Assembly (NCBI GenBank): GCA_963796965.1
Contig: CAWCNS010000005.1
Coordinates: 480,001 to 544,000, forward strand
DNA from: Calditrichia bacterium
Lineage (GTDB): Bacteria; Calditrichota; Calditrichia; JAJRVZ01
DNA: 64,000 nt
Direction: 5' to 3'
A program made the translations under genes and the position numbers. Below the pieces are notes generated by a model, which saw nothing but the letters and a program-made list of their open reading frames with translations, ran no database searches and had not been told where the DNA came from. The first letter of the stretch is position 1. The number at the start of each line of letters is the position of its first letter. Shown piece after piece: positions 31,407-42,419 of the stretch.

Positions 31407-32210
31407 ATGTCAGAAAACAACATTAAAAATAACAGTAAGAGAGTTGACGTACACGCAACCACATCAGAACGGGGCGGGCTTGCTGGATTTTTTGAAACGT
31501 TATTGCGGAAGTTTAGATTAGTCAGTTATATTATAGCCCTAATTCCGCTTTATCTTATAAGCATCCTAGCTATGGCAATCTCTCTAACACCAGCAGTTTA
31601 TTTTTATATGTACATTACCAAAATGGCTATTGCGTTACCAGAACCGCTCTACTATCTAACCATATCCATTTGTATTACCCTCGGTTATTTTATTTATGGA
31701 TTTACTTTAATATTTGTAGCACCGGCATTTAATTTTTTATTACCTTTCCGACTTAAGCCTTTTAGAAGTAGTTATTATTCCCTGGAATCTGTCCCCTGGT
31801 ATTTTCACAATGCCCTTACCTATATGGTCCGTTACACTTTCTTAGAATTTGTTACCCCAACTCCTGTCAATATGCTTTTTTACAGAATGATGGGTATGAA
31901 AATAGGAAAAAATGTACATATTAATACAACCAATATATCGGATCCCCGAATGATTGAGATCGGGGATAATGTAACAATCGGTGGATCTGTACATATTATT
32001 GCGCATTATGCTGCCAAAGGATTTTTAGTTGTCGAAAAGGTAAAAATACATGACCGTGCAACAATTGGTTTAAAAGCATCAATTATGGGAGCTGTAGAGA
32101 TTGGAGAAGGAGCGGTCATCGGTCCCCATGAAGTTGTTTTACCAAAAACGAAAATTCCTGCAGGCAGGAGGCCCGCTTATCCAAACTGGCAAGCAAATGA
32201 GATGAAGTAA
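31407..32210 (+). CDS. Membrane-anchored hexapeptide-repeat acyltransferase
   Basis: N-terminal TM helices; MGMKIGKNVHI, IGDNVTIG, IGEGAVIG left-handed beta-helix repeats. Confidence 0.75.
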   Translation: MSENNIKNNSKRVDVHATTSERGGLAGFFETLLRKFRLVSYIIALIPLYLISILAMAISLTPAVYFYMYITKMAIALPEPLYYLTISICITLGYFIYGFTLIFVAPAFNFLLPFRLKPFRSSYYSLESVPWYFHNALTYMVRYTFLEFVTPTPVNMLFYRMMGMKIGKNVHINTTNISDPRMIEIGDNVTIGGSVHIIAHYAAKGFLVVEKVKIHDRATIGLKASIMGAVEIGEGAVIGPHEVVLPKTKIPAGRRPAYPNWQANEMK

Positions 32211-32292
32211 TAAATTGAATATTGAGAACAGGACTAAGAATTCTTATAGAAATTATTTTAATTTGTTAGCAATAGTTTTTGGGATATTGAGT

Positions 32293-32328
32293 AAAAAAAA
32301 AGGCGTTACAATAAAAAACTGCAACGCC
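32293..32328 (-). terminator. Rho-independent terminator of the csp gene
   Basis: On the minus strand GGCGTTGCA-loop-TGTAACGCC followed by a T run. Confidence 0.75.
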
Positions 32329-32349
32329 AGAAGTAAAATGTCATAGGTT

Positions 32350-32562
32350 TTATTCGGCGGGAAATAGATTGGCTGCTTCAAGACCCTTACGTCCTTCCAC
32401 AATTTCAAATTCTACTTTTTGTCCATCTTTTAAGACCCGGTACCCATCGCCCTGAATGGCACTATAGTGGACAAACACATCTTCTCCATCTTCGCGGTTA
32501 ATAAATCCGAAGCCTTTCTTGGCGTCAAACCACTTTACAGAGCCTACTTCACGTTCTGACAT
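32350..32562 (-). CDS. cspA: Cold-shock protein
   Basis: [13 protein letters not shown] and DVFVHYSAI (RNP1/RNP2). Confidence 0.95.
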   Translation of the reverse strand: MSEREVGSVKWFDAKKGFGFINREDGEDVFVHYSAIQGDGYRVLKDGQKVEFEIVEGRKGLEAANLFPAE

Positions 32563-33106
32563 AATAATAACTCTCCGATGTTAATGTTCATTTCCGATTA
32601 AAATATTTTCATTCATCAAAACCATCGCCATAATACCGGAAAAATTGATAAATAAAAACGCAATAGTTTAAATAATATTCTTCAAGTTTTCAAGTATTCG
32701 CCGGGATTTCATGAAGTTAACTACTGTATTTAACTTATCTTAACCCGTGTTTAATATCGAAAAAAAAGAAATGATTCTTCCGGATTATGGATCTATCGTT
32801 TTCTAAAAACATGGAAATAAGAACAAATATTCTTAATCTAACATTAACCTTAAACAACAAAGTCTATGCAATATTTAACCTATCATATTTTTTTTATATA
32901 TCTTGTATAATTCTTATGATTTTGTATATTCTTTTAGACACACACATTGATTTCGATTTTATAAAATATAGATGCAATTATTATTATATCTCGCCTGCTC
33001 ATTAAATATCCATTGAATAATTGTAAATTCAATTATGTTGAACATGTATTATTGCATTCAGTTTAGAATTACGCTGCCTGGATAATTACCAAAATCTGGA
33101 GATACT

Positions 33107-34488
33107 ATGTCGGGAACTATTAAACCAGACTGGAATGCGGTTTCAAACTTACCACAGTTGACCTTGGAAGATGGCTCACGTATCGGAGTTATTGGCAGTG
33201 GACCTGCTGGATCATTCTTCAGCTACTTCTTTCTTGAGATGGCTGCGAGGGCTGGTATGGATGTGAATGTGGATATCTACGAACCACGGGATTTTTTCCA
33301 GCCCAGCCCCAAAGGGTGTAATATGTGTGGTGGAATTGTCTCAGAGACCTTAGTTCAAACTCTTGCTACAGAAGGTATCAACCTCCCCCCCAAATTGTGC
33401 AGAGAGGTATTGAATCCTATACCCTGCATACGGATAAGGGTACTGTATCCATCGAGACCCCTCTGCATGAAAAGCGTATTGCTGCTGTTCATCGTGGCAG
33501 TGGTCCAAAGGGAACCATTGACTCAAAATGGGGTAGTTTTGATGGTTATCTTCAAATACTTGCTTTAGAAAAAGGTGCCAATCTTTACCAATCAAAAGTC
33601 GAGAAGGTGTCTTTCGACAATGGTCGGCCAATAATATTCTCGAAAGACACTGAACCGACGACCTATGACTTAATTGCTGTTGCTTCAGGCGTAAACTCCA
33701 AACTCCTCAACATTTTTCCGGAGCTTGATAAAGGCTATAAATTGCCCGGCACAACAAAAACAGTAATAAGAGAGTATTATTTGGGAGAGGATTTAATTTC
33801 TCAATATTTCGGAAATTCGATGCATATATTTTTGCTGGATCTACATAATGTTGAATTTGCTGCTTTTATTCCCAAAGGTGATTATGTGACATTTTGCATG
33901 TTAGGAAAGGATATTTCTCAAGAAGTTCTTGATAATTTTATGAACGCGCCGGAAGTCCGACAGACATTACCGGAGACCATCTATAAAGACCAGGTATCTT
34001 GTCACTGCAACCCGAAGATAAACATACAACGGGCTATACAACCGTTCTCTGACAGAATGGTTTTTATTGGTGATTGTGGCGTCACACGGCTTTACAAAGA
34101 TGGGATCGGTGGCGCATATAGGACTGCTAAAATTGCGGCCTCTACAGCTGTATTTCAGGGTATTTCCGCATTGGATTTTAAAAAACATTTTTGGCCTGTA
34201 TGCAAACACCTCCACAATGATAATCTTATTGGTAAATTTATTTTTGCTGTTACGAAAATTAACCAAAAGGTTGGTATTGCCAGACAGGCAATGCTACATA
34301 TGGTTCAGGTTGAACAACAAAAAGATTTATCAAACAAATTTATGAGCACTGTATTATGGGATATGTTTACGGGGAGTGCGAGTTATAGAGAAGTTCTGTT
34401 CCTTACAATGCATCCTGTCTTCCTTCTCAGATTTATAACAAACATTATCCGTGCCATGTTTATAAAAAACAATAAATCATTGGAGTAA
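33107..34488 (+). CDS. NAD(P)/FAD-dependent oxidoreductase (geranylgeranyl-reductase-like); frameshift in C run at about 33385-33391
   Basis: VIGSGPAG, CNMCGG; continues in the shifted frame PQIVQRGI...FIGD...YKDGIG. Confidence 0.8.
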
Positions 34489-34493
34489 CAGAA

Positions 34494-34910
34494 ATGAAAT
34501 CTGGTGCATTAGGGAAATCTTATCAGAAGGGAGAAGTGGTCGTACGTGAAGGAGAAAATGGTGACAGCATGTATGTCATTCAGGAAGGTACAGTGGAGGT
34601 ATACCAGGAAAGATCCAACAAAGAAATTCATTTGGCATACCTATCCGAAGGTGATTTCTTCGGTGAAATGGCCATATTTGAGCGGGAAAAACGCTCAGCT
34701 TCTGTTCGTGCCGTTGATGAGGCTCGCATTTTAACTATCGATAGAAAAAACTTTCTAAAAAGAATTCACGAAGATCCCTCCCTCGCTTTTCATATCGTTC
34801 AAAATTTGTCCAACCGAATTCGCTTATTGGATGCTAAACATTCACAAATCAAGGCCAGTGATCGAAGAAATTGGGATCGGAGACCTGAGAAATATGCAAA
34901 AAGTGAATAA
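34494..34910 (+). CDS. Stand-alone cyclic-nucleotide-binding domain protein
   Basis: REGENGDSMYVI, FFGEMAI, RSASV; no HTH. Confidence 0.88.
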   Translation: MKSGALGKSYQKGEVVVREGENGDSMYVIQEGTVEVYQERSNKEIHLAYLSEGDFFGEMAIFEREKRSASVRAVDEARILTIDRKNFLKRIHEDPSLAFHIVQNLSNRIRLLDAKHSQIKASDRRNWDRRPEKYAKSE

Positions 34911-34918
34911 TTGGTGTA

Positions 34919-35635
34919 TTAATTTGTTCGCTCTTGCTCTTCAATAATTTTTTGAAATTGCTTTTCGAAGGAGTCTTTGATCATATTTAAAATATTTGCG
35001 GTAACCCTGTTATGGATCTTTTCCCAAAATAGATTCATCACCCTGGTAAAAAAACGATTTTTTGTTCCATAATAATTGAACGCGACAATAAAAAAGAGTT
35101 GTGTCTGCTCTTTTTCATTCTGCTCATGTATGGAGGATCGGGTATAAATTGAAAATATTCCTATCGGATATCCCCCACTACATTTATAGAGTAAATATCT
35201 GGCATTATCAGTATCCGATTGTAAGGGGATTTTCTTAATCTTAATAGCATCCAGGTTAAACAAAGGCCAGGATTGAAATCCTTTTTTAGGATCTCGAATG
35301 TTGAGTGAAATCTTTTCCAATCCGAACAAAAATATTTGAATATTTTCTAACTGACCCCTGATCCGTTCCACCTTTGCAATCTGATTTGGCCAATAGGTTG
35401 AATTACCATCCCATCTCAATAATGTCTCAAAGACATACTTAACTGGAATGTCAACACCAATTTTATGTATATTCAGCACAGAATATTGATCAACCCCCAC
35501 ATCTAGTCTCTGCAAAATCCGATAGCGGAATTCATCTCTTTCCGAAGGAGTTTCGTATTCAATAAGGGTTGAGTGAGCGGGTTTGTGCAAAAAGAATGAG
35601 ACCACATCTGTAAAAATATTTCTTGTTGCAGACAT
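34919..35635 (-). CDS. Hypothetical protein
   Basis: 238-aa ORF with GAGG RBS. Confidence 0.65.
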   Translation of the reverse strand: MSATRNIFTDVVSFFLHKPAHSTLIEYETPSERDEFRYRILQRLDVGVDQYSVLNIHKIGVDIPVKYVFETLLRWDGNSTYWPNQIAKVERIRGQLENIQIFLFGLEKISLNIRDPKKGFQSWPLFNLDAIKIKKIPLQSDTDNARYLLYKCSGGYPIGIFSIYTRSSIHEQNEKEQTQLFFIVAFNYYGTKNRFFTRVMNLFWEKIHNRVTANILNMIKDSFEKQFQKIIEEQERTN

Positions 35636-36029
35636 ATATCCTCAATCTAGTATCTGGATCCCTAAATCGGACAAGAACCATATCAAATCAGAAATCTTCT
35701 AAATAATTCAAAATATACATAAATCTTATATTTATTGCTTTAGATTAGCTAATTTATCAGACAATCCGCATTTAAGATGTTTTCAGAAACATACCCCCGG
35801 GTTTTACGTATTAACAATTAATGATAGGTCACTTCTAAAAGTCTCAAATACAGATCCTCCTAATACGGTTAATAAGACATAAAAAATATAATTTAATTAT
35901 AAGTCATAAATAACAAATAATTACGCTGTACCACCTACGGTGGTCAATGCTAAAAAATATTTACGATTATATTTATATATAGATTTTGTCTATTTTCTAA
36001 AAGTCTACTTAACTGTATATCTGATTTTT

Positions 36030-36147
36030 AACCACTAAGTACGCAAAGAAGGCACAAAGTACACTAAGATAATTTTCTTAATAAAAACTTTGTGATCTTC
36101 GTGCCTTCTTAGTGACCTTTTGCATAGGCATGCCTATGGGAGTGGTA
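36030..36147. repeat. Palindromic element family B (CACnAAG 9-nt periodic arms) carrying a 21-nt insert
   Basis: ACCACTAAGTAC...GTGGT arms; homologous to 62150-62224. Confidence 0.85.
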
Positions 36148-36257
36148 AATCTTTTTTCTTTTTTCAAATCTGAACGGCCAGTGGTTGTCAGGCCCGGAGG
36201 GCCTACCAGGTACTTTGTGGTTATTTTATCAAATCAACATTAAAGGAGGGGATAAAA

Positions 36258-37748
36258 ATGAAATCGCGGCAAAATTTATTTTTTTCATTGATTTTAATCC
36301 TAACAGTATCACTTACCGCCCAATCTACGGAGAAACTATCACTTAAAAGTCAGGTAGATGAATATGTTGAGAAGGTAATGGCAACCTATGAGATTCCGGG
36401 GTTAGCGATAGGTCTGGTTAAGGAAGGTCAAATATTTTATACAAAGGGGTATGGAGTCAAAAGTCTGGAGACGCTTGAGCCAATTACAGATGAATGCTTG
36501 TTTCATATGGCTTCTGTCTCAAAACCCTTTATTGCTACGGCAATTATGCAATTAGTAGAAGCAGGAAAACTCGATCTTGACGCACCAGTAATTAATTACT
36601 TACCCTATTTTAAACTCCACGACCCGCGATACACTACGATTTCAGTTAGACAAATGCTTACTCACACATCAGGGATGCCAGATGTAGAGGATTATGGCTG
36701 GGAAAATCCCCAGTATGACGATGGTGCATTGACACGCTATGTACTTAGCCTCAATGAAACAGATCTGATAAACGGCCCAGGTGAAAAATGGGTGTTTAGC
36801 AGTATGGCCTATGATGTCCTGGGAAATATGATCGCCAAAGTTTCGCATATGACCTTCGAAGATTATATGAAAAAGTATGTTCTAGCACCCTTAGAGATGA
36901 AAAGAAGTACCTTTTACAAGGGAAAGGCAAATAAAATTCTCTGTACAGCCCCCCATATTCGCAGACTGGAGCCCATAGTAAGTGAAATTTACCCCTATAA
37001 CCGAGCCCACGCGCCTAGTTCCACTCTTCATTCAAGTGTTAATGAAATGTGTAGTTATGCAATCGCCAATCTAAATCGAGGCATGTTTGGGGACGACAGA
37101 TTACTTAAGGCCATAAGTTTTAATACCATGTGGACCCCCGTTTGTGATGCAACAGAAGGGAAAAAAATGGGCTTAAGTTGGTTCGTATGCGAGCGTGAGG
37201 GAGAACTCGTGGTCTCACATAGTGGTGGAGATTTGGGATTCCAGGCAAATTTCTGCCTTGTACCCAAACGTATGGCCGCCGTTATTGTTTTAAGCAATTA
37301 TGAACTTACCCCTGCAGCAAATATAAGTATGGGATTATGGGATATTCTGAATAGTAAAAATCCCGTCACACTTAAAACACCTGTCATGATACCTTTAGGA
37401 AGGGTTCTTGTAAAAGGTGATGCGAACCATATGATTCAAAAATACAATGAACTACAATCAACCCAATCCGATTTATACATCTTCAACGTATCTCAATTAG
37501 ATTTATTGGGAACAGAGTTATTGGGATTGATAAGGATAGAAGAAGCCATAGAAGTATTTAATTTAAACGTAAGAGAATATCCGGAGTCATCTAAAGTTTA
37601 TGAGAGTTTAGGGGGCGCTTTAATGATTGCCGGAGACAATCAGTTGGCCATAGAAAATTATGAAAAGTCAGTCCAACTTGACCCAGAGAATGAAAAAGCC
37701 AGAGAAATGATAAAAAAATTAAGAGAAGCGATTTCCAAAGACATCTAA
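36258..37748 (+). CDS. Serine hydrolase (class C beta-lactamase-like) with C-terminal TPR
   Basis: Signal peptide, ASVSK (SxxK), LTHTSG, HSGG; TPR tail. Confidence 0.88.
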   Translation: MKSRQNLFFSLILILTVSLTAQSTEKLSLKSQVDEYVEKVMATYEIPGLAIGLVKEGQIFYTKGYGVKSLETLEPITDECLFHMASVSKPFIATAIMQLVEAGKLDLDAPVINYLPYFKLHDPRYTTISVRQMLTHTSGMPDVEDYGWENPQYDDGALTRYVLSLNETDLINGPGEKWVFSSMAYDVLGNMIAKVSHMTFEDYMKKYVLAPLEMKRSTFYKGKANKILCTAPHIRRLEPIVSEIYPYNRAHAPSSTLHSSVNEMCSYAIANLNRGMFGDDRLLKAISFNTMWTPVCDATEGKKMGLSWFVCEREGELVVSHSGGDLGFQANFCLVPKRMAAVIVLSNYELTPAANISMGLWDILNSKNPVTLKTPVMIPLGRVLVKGDANHMIQKYNELQSTQSDLYIFNVSQLDLLGTELLGLIRIEEAIEVFNLNVREYPESSKVYESLGGALMIAGDNQLAIENYEKSVQLDPENEKAREMIKKLREAISKDI

Positions 37749-37790
37749 CTTCTCAAAAGGGGCCACAATTCAAAATCTGATTTAAATCAG

Positions 37791-37860
37791 TAGAATTCCT
37801 CGAGGCTTTGCCTCGGGGTTTCCTATTTCTCCCTATCCTTTAAGAGAGGGAAGAATTTCA
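37791..37860. repeat. Intergenic repeat family A, inverted intermediate form
   Basis: Reverse complement reads TGAAATTCTT-CCCTCTCTTAAAGGATAGGG...CCCCGAGGCAAAGCCTCGAGGAATTCTA. Confidence 0.8.
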
Positions 37861-37924
37861 TCAAGTAAAGACTAAGGAATTCTGCATTTTATCCGATAGA
37901 TACTATTAGAGAAAAATAGTTCGG

Positions 37925-38158
37925 GTGGATGATATGAGAATAACCTTAAAAAACGAATGTCCCTATTGTGCAAGTCACTATTTTGTGCGAATCCCACGAA
38001 AAACCTATATGCGCTTTTCATCGGCCATAAAATACTATGAATGCGATCTATGTCGCCAAGAGTTTCTGGTTATTGAACGTAAACATCGGTTTTCACCGGA
38101 GATAAGCACACGTTTAATACCAATTCAGGAAAATGCGAACACCACCAGGGGACGGTAA
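37925..38158 (+). CDS. Small zinc-ribbon protein
   Basis: CPYC...CDLC pair; the start may be the internal ATG. Confidence 0.55.
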   Translation: MDDMRITLKNECPYCASHYFVRIPRKTYMRFSSAIKYYECDLCRQEFLVIERKHRFSPEISTRLIPIQENANTTRGR

Positions 38159-38198
38159 GGGTATGTTAAACCAATACATTAACTAATAATCGTTGTCT

Positions 38199-39029
38199 TT
38201 ATAAAAACCAATTTCTGTATAAATCCGGACGTCGGTCCCGAAAAAATAATTTACGGGCGTGAGATTCTTCATTTTTCTTCAGTTCGATATCACAATATAA
38301 AATTTCTTCAGTCCCAAGACCAGCACGGGCTATCACTCGCCCATCAGGATCACAAACAAAGGATTCTCCAGCAAAGGTCAGGTTTGATTCCTCCCCAACA
38401 CGGTTACATAAGGCCGTAAAATAACCATTCTGAAAAGCAGCAACACGCATCTCAGATTCATATAACCCTTCCGGCCACTCCCCCACGGCTCCCGCCTGAG
38501 GGATAAATACAATATCGGCGCCATATAAGGCCAAGGCACGCATGTATTCCGGATAGTGCCGGTCATAACAAATGGCCACTCCAATATTTCCAAAATCTGT
38601 TTTATATACAGGTACACCCAGATCACCGGGATGGTAGTATCCCTGCTCATGAAAGCAAGCGTATTCTGTTATATGAATCATTCTAGTCTTACCCAATAAC
38701 TCCCCATTTTTGTTTATTACCGGTGAAGTATCAAAAGCATGGTTCCCATCTCTTTCATATAAGTTTAAAATAATAATAATACCTAATTCAGCAGCAAGAG
38801 CTGAAAACTTTTCAGTTGTAGGACCGGGAACAGGTTCTGCCAGATCAAGAACATTATCACCAGCCGGCTCCTGTGGATAAAAGGGTTCAAATGCTAACTC
38901 TGCAAAACAAACAATTTTTGCCCCCTTGGCTGAAGCCTCCTTTACAGCACGAATTCCCCTCACAATATTTGCAGATTTATCTGCAAGACAAGGTTGTTGT
39001 ATAAGCGCTATTCTGGTCACTTCTGACAT
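38199..39029 (-). CDS. Carbon-nitrogen hydrolase (nitrilase superfamily)
   Basis: CFAEL, AICYDRHYPE, NRVG, FAGES. Confidence 0.88.
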   Translation of the reverse strand: MSEVTRIALIQQPCLADKSANIVRGIRAVKEASAKGAKIVCFAELAFEPFYPQEPAGDNVLDLAEPVPGPTTEKFSALAAELGIIIILNLYERDGNHAFDTSPVINKNGELLGKTRMIHITEYACFHEQGYYHPGDLGVPVYKTDFGNIGVAICYDRHYPEYMRALALYGADIVFIPQAGAVGEWPEGLYESEMRVAAFQNGYFTALCNRVGEESNLTFAGESFVCDPDGRVIARAGLGTEEILYCDIELKKNEESHARKLFFRDRRPDLYRNWFL

Positions 39030-39204
39030 TCCTGTACCCTACCTTCTTATGATTGTAATATTTTCTTTTTATTTTTCACCCGTTCAACGAAAATAAAACA
39101 GTCAATATGTTGCTTTAATTGTTTCTAATCACACTAATTTAATGATTCTGATATTTGCGTCGATAATAATAGTGACAAATCTAACCAAATGATAGAAAGA
39201 AACC

Positions 39205-39555
39205 ATGAAAACATTGTCAATCCTGGTGATGCTAAGTTTACTCATCATAATATCTTCCTGCTCGGATGATTGTGATATGGAAAATCCAACCGTACGTTTG
39301 GTGAACAATGGTACGGGCAAAGCTGATATCCAGATTAAAACATCGGGTGGGAATACAGAAAATATCAACAATGTGGACCCAGGCACATCTTCTCCACCAA
39401 GATCCTTTGCCCCTGGCGAAATAGACTTCACTATCACTATTCAGGGTGAGGATGATCCGATTGAATATTCGCTTAAGGTTTTTTATTGCGTCGATTACAC
39501 CGTAACAATAAATACGGACAATACTGTTTCCGGTTCAGCAAAGGAAAGAGAATAA
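39205..39555 (+). CDS. Hypothetical lipoprotein
   Basis: IISSC lipobox; beta-rich body. Confidence 0.65.
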   Translation: MKTLSILVMLSLLIIISSCSDDCDMENPTVRLVNNGTGKADIQIKTSGGNTENINNVDPGTSSPPRSFAPGEIDFTITIQGEDDPIEYSLKVFYCVDYTVTINTDNTVSGSAKERE

Positions 39556-39563
39556 TAGAGTAT

Positions 39564-40979
39564 TTATTCTTCCCGGGTCAATCTGAGTACTTGTCCCGGT
39601 TCATTAAGGACAACGTATATAGCACCATCTGGGCCACTACTGACATCACGTACCCGACCATAATTTTTTAGAATTACCTCTTCGTGTAATACACGGTCTC
39701 TCTCAATTTCTACAAGCCGAACTTCTTCGTATTTTAATGCGCCCACCAAAAGATGATTTTGCCAAAAAGGGAACTCTTCCCCACGATAATAATCCAATCC
39801 ACAAACGGCCGTTGAGGGTCGCCAGTATTTAACCGGCTGGGCCATTCCTTCTTTTCTCCTCTGATCGGTGATTGTGGTGCCATCATAATTTTTTCCATAG
39901 GTTATAACCGGCCAGCCATAATTGGCACCAGATTGAATCAGATTTAGTTCATCCCCTCCCATCGGTCCATGTTCAGTCTCCCAGACCTGATCAGTAATTG
40001 GATGGACGGCAAGACCCTGCGGATTTCTATTCCCGTAAGTATAAATTGATGCAACTGCTCCTGAATTTTTTAGAAAAGGATTGTCAGCGGGTATTGTGCC
40101 ATCGGGGTAAATTCGATGCAACTTGCCATTAGGTCGACTGAGGTCCTGTGCATGATCTTGCCTTCCACGTTCACCAATAGAAAAATACAGAAAACCCTTT
40201 TTATCGAACACAATTCGGCATCCATAATGATGACGGGTCTCCAGATAATGCTCGGGATTGGCTTCAAACAAAACCTGCTGATCTACCCAGGTATTATTCC
40301 TGATTCGACCTCTCACCAACCGGGTCATGGCCCGTTCATCAACAAGAGCATGACTATAAGCCAAATAAATCCAACCGTTATTCATATAGTCAATGTCAAC
40401 TGCCACATCTAATAGTCCACCCTGCCCTTTATGTAATACTTGTGGAATATCCTTCACCGGCTCACTCTGCAACTCCCCATTTCTAACCACACGCAACCGC
40501 CCGGGACGCTCTGTGATTAAAGCCATAGTTGGTTCAGGAAAATCTATGGCCCATGGTATCTCAAGACCATCTACCCAAACCTGAACCCTTATTGTATAAT
40601 CTAAAGTTTTAATTGATTTATCAGGGATTAAATCTTTTTTTTCTGTTTTTCCTTCCTGATCTTTTAAATAAGCAAGAACATCTCTGATATCTTCATCTAA
40701 TAATGTACCCTCAAATCCTGGCATACCATGCTCATTTATACCATACTTTACATTACGGAAGACATGACTTTTTTTATATCCAAATTGCCAGTCATTGTCA
40801 ACCAGACTCCTGGCATTACCACCTTGCAGATCTTCTCCATGGCAAGTTGCACAGAATTCATCATAGATTTTTTTACCATTTTGTGATTTTTCAGTGGACA
40901 TAAAACTAAGTATAAATAATCCGGAGATAATTGAAAGTAAAAAGGAAATACGCATTATTAAAATCTCTCTGTTATTCAT
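39564..40979 (-). CDS. PQQ-dependent sugar dehydrogenase (GSDH family) with N-terminal cytochrome c
   Basis: CATCH heme motif; GQGGLLDV, GNRNPQG, EHGPMGGDELN, NYGWP. Confidence 0.9.
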   Translation of the reverse strand: MNNREILIMRISFLLSIISGLFILSFMSTEKSQNGKKIYDEFCATCHGEDLQGGNARSLVDNDWQFGYKKSHVFRNVKYGINEHGMPGFEGTLLDEDIRDVLAYLKDQEGKTEKKDLIPDKSIKTLDYTIRVQVWVDGLEIPWAIDFPEPTMALITERPGRLRVVRNGELQSEPVKDIPQVLHKGQGGLLDVAVDIDYMNNGWIYLAYSHALVDERAMTRLVRGRIRNNTWVDQQVLFEANPEHYLETRHHYGCRIVFDKKGFLYFSIGERGRQDHAQDLSRPNGKLHRIYPDGTIPADNPFLKNSGAVASIYTYGNRNPQGLAVHPITDQVWETEHGPMGGDELNLIQSGANYGWPVITYGKNYDGTTITDQRRKEGMAQPVKYWRPSTAVCGLDYYRGEEFPFWQNHLLVGALKYEEVRLVEIERDRVLHEEVILKNYGRVRDVSSGPDGAIYVVLNEPGQVLRLTREE

Positions 40980-41233
40980 TAATATTATAGAGTACTTAAT
41001 TGGTATAAATATATCTTAACAGAAACCTAAATTCAACACAGCATCATCCTTATACCAGCCAATTGCTCATATGGAGAGATATTAGTAAAATTGACTTATT
41101 GATTATCTATTATGTGTGGAATTTATCTCACCGTTTAAAAGTTTTAGAAATCATAGTATCGTCCAGGTATATATTATGACTGTGATCTGAAACTTTCTAA
41201 CATCACTTTAGTATATAATCCTTTTATCACAGG

Positions 41234-42233
41234 ATGAGATTCATGCATATAAAATCTGTTATAATTATTATTCTACTTCTCTTTGCTGGCTTTAATTTAC
41301 TGATTGCCCAACAAGAAGAAGATCTCCATGAGCAGCAAATCGTATTCATAAGTGATACACAAACCCCAATATGGATCGAAAAACTTTACTTAGATTACAA
41401 GAACAATGAAACAGCCAGACAACTCATTGTCAAAGATATCATCAAGCATTCCCCAGAAGCAGTTTTTCACCTGGGAGACCTGGTCAGCTATGGATTTGAT
41501 GATGATGACTGGAATTTTGTAGACAAATTTGTAGAAGATCTTAAAGAGTTACAGATACACTTTTTTCCTACCCTCGGTAATCACGAGTTATTAAATTTGC
41601 CTTTTGACGGAGAGGCCAATTTTATAAAACGCTTTCCTGAATATATAAAAACAGGTTATACAAGAATTATCGGCTCAACGGCAATAATCTTGTTAAACTC
41701 TAATTTCGATCACTTGTCCGATTTCCTGATAAGCAAACAACAAGAATGGTTTAAAAACGAACTTTCAAAATTGAATCTCGACATTTCGATTAAGCATATT
41801 GTTGTCGGAACCCACCATCCTCCTTTCACGAATTCTTCCATGGTTTCTGGCTCTGAGGAGGTACTGGAACAGTTCGTTAGCCAATTCTCACTCTACGACA
41901 AATGCCGGCTCTTTATCAGTGGCCACGCCCACAGAATCGAGCATTTTATTATCGATGATAAGAATTATGTTGTAGCAGGCGGTGGAGGCGGTATGCAGCA
42001 TCCTACAAACAGTGATGAAATTGCTTTTTATGATCATTTCCCCTCAGGGTCTGATCTCAGGCCCTTCCATTATATATGTCTCACCCTGGGTGAGGCCTTA
42101 AGTCGTTGTACGAGCAGTTTCTCCAGAGGAAAATTTGCTAAAGGATGTCTATACCTTTATGATTGAACCAAATCAAACACTATCATTGCGAAATCTAAGA
42201 ACGAAAAACAAGGAAAATAATATCATTTTTTGA
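41234..42233 (+). CDS. Secreted metallophosphoesterase; probable frameshift at about 42100
   Basis: SDTQ, HLGDLV, GNHE, HHP, GHAH; C-terminus continues VVVRAVSPEEN... in a shifted frame. Confidence 0.8.
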
Positions 42234-42419
42234 TCTTTTTCCCATCCCCCACCTAAAATATCTGCGTGAGAGCTTGGCAGTTATCAATTCTTCTTTCTTA
42301 AACTTTTTTTTATCTTCTTTCTGATTACTATTTTATTTTTACTCTTTATTCTATAATTTGTAAACTTCAAGACAGATTCGCAGATTCATTTCTAATCTGA
42401 CTATTATTTGACCTTGATC

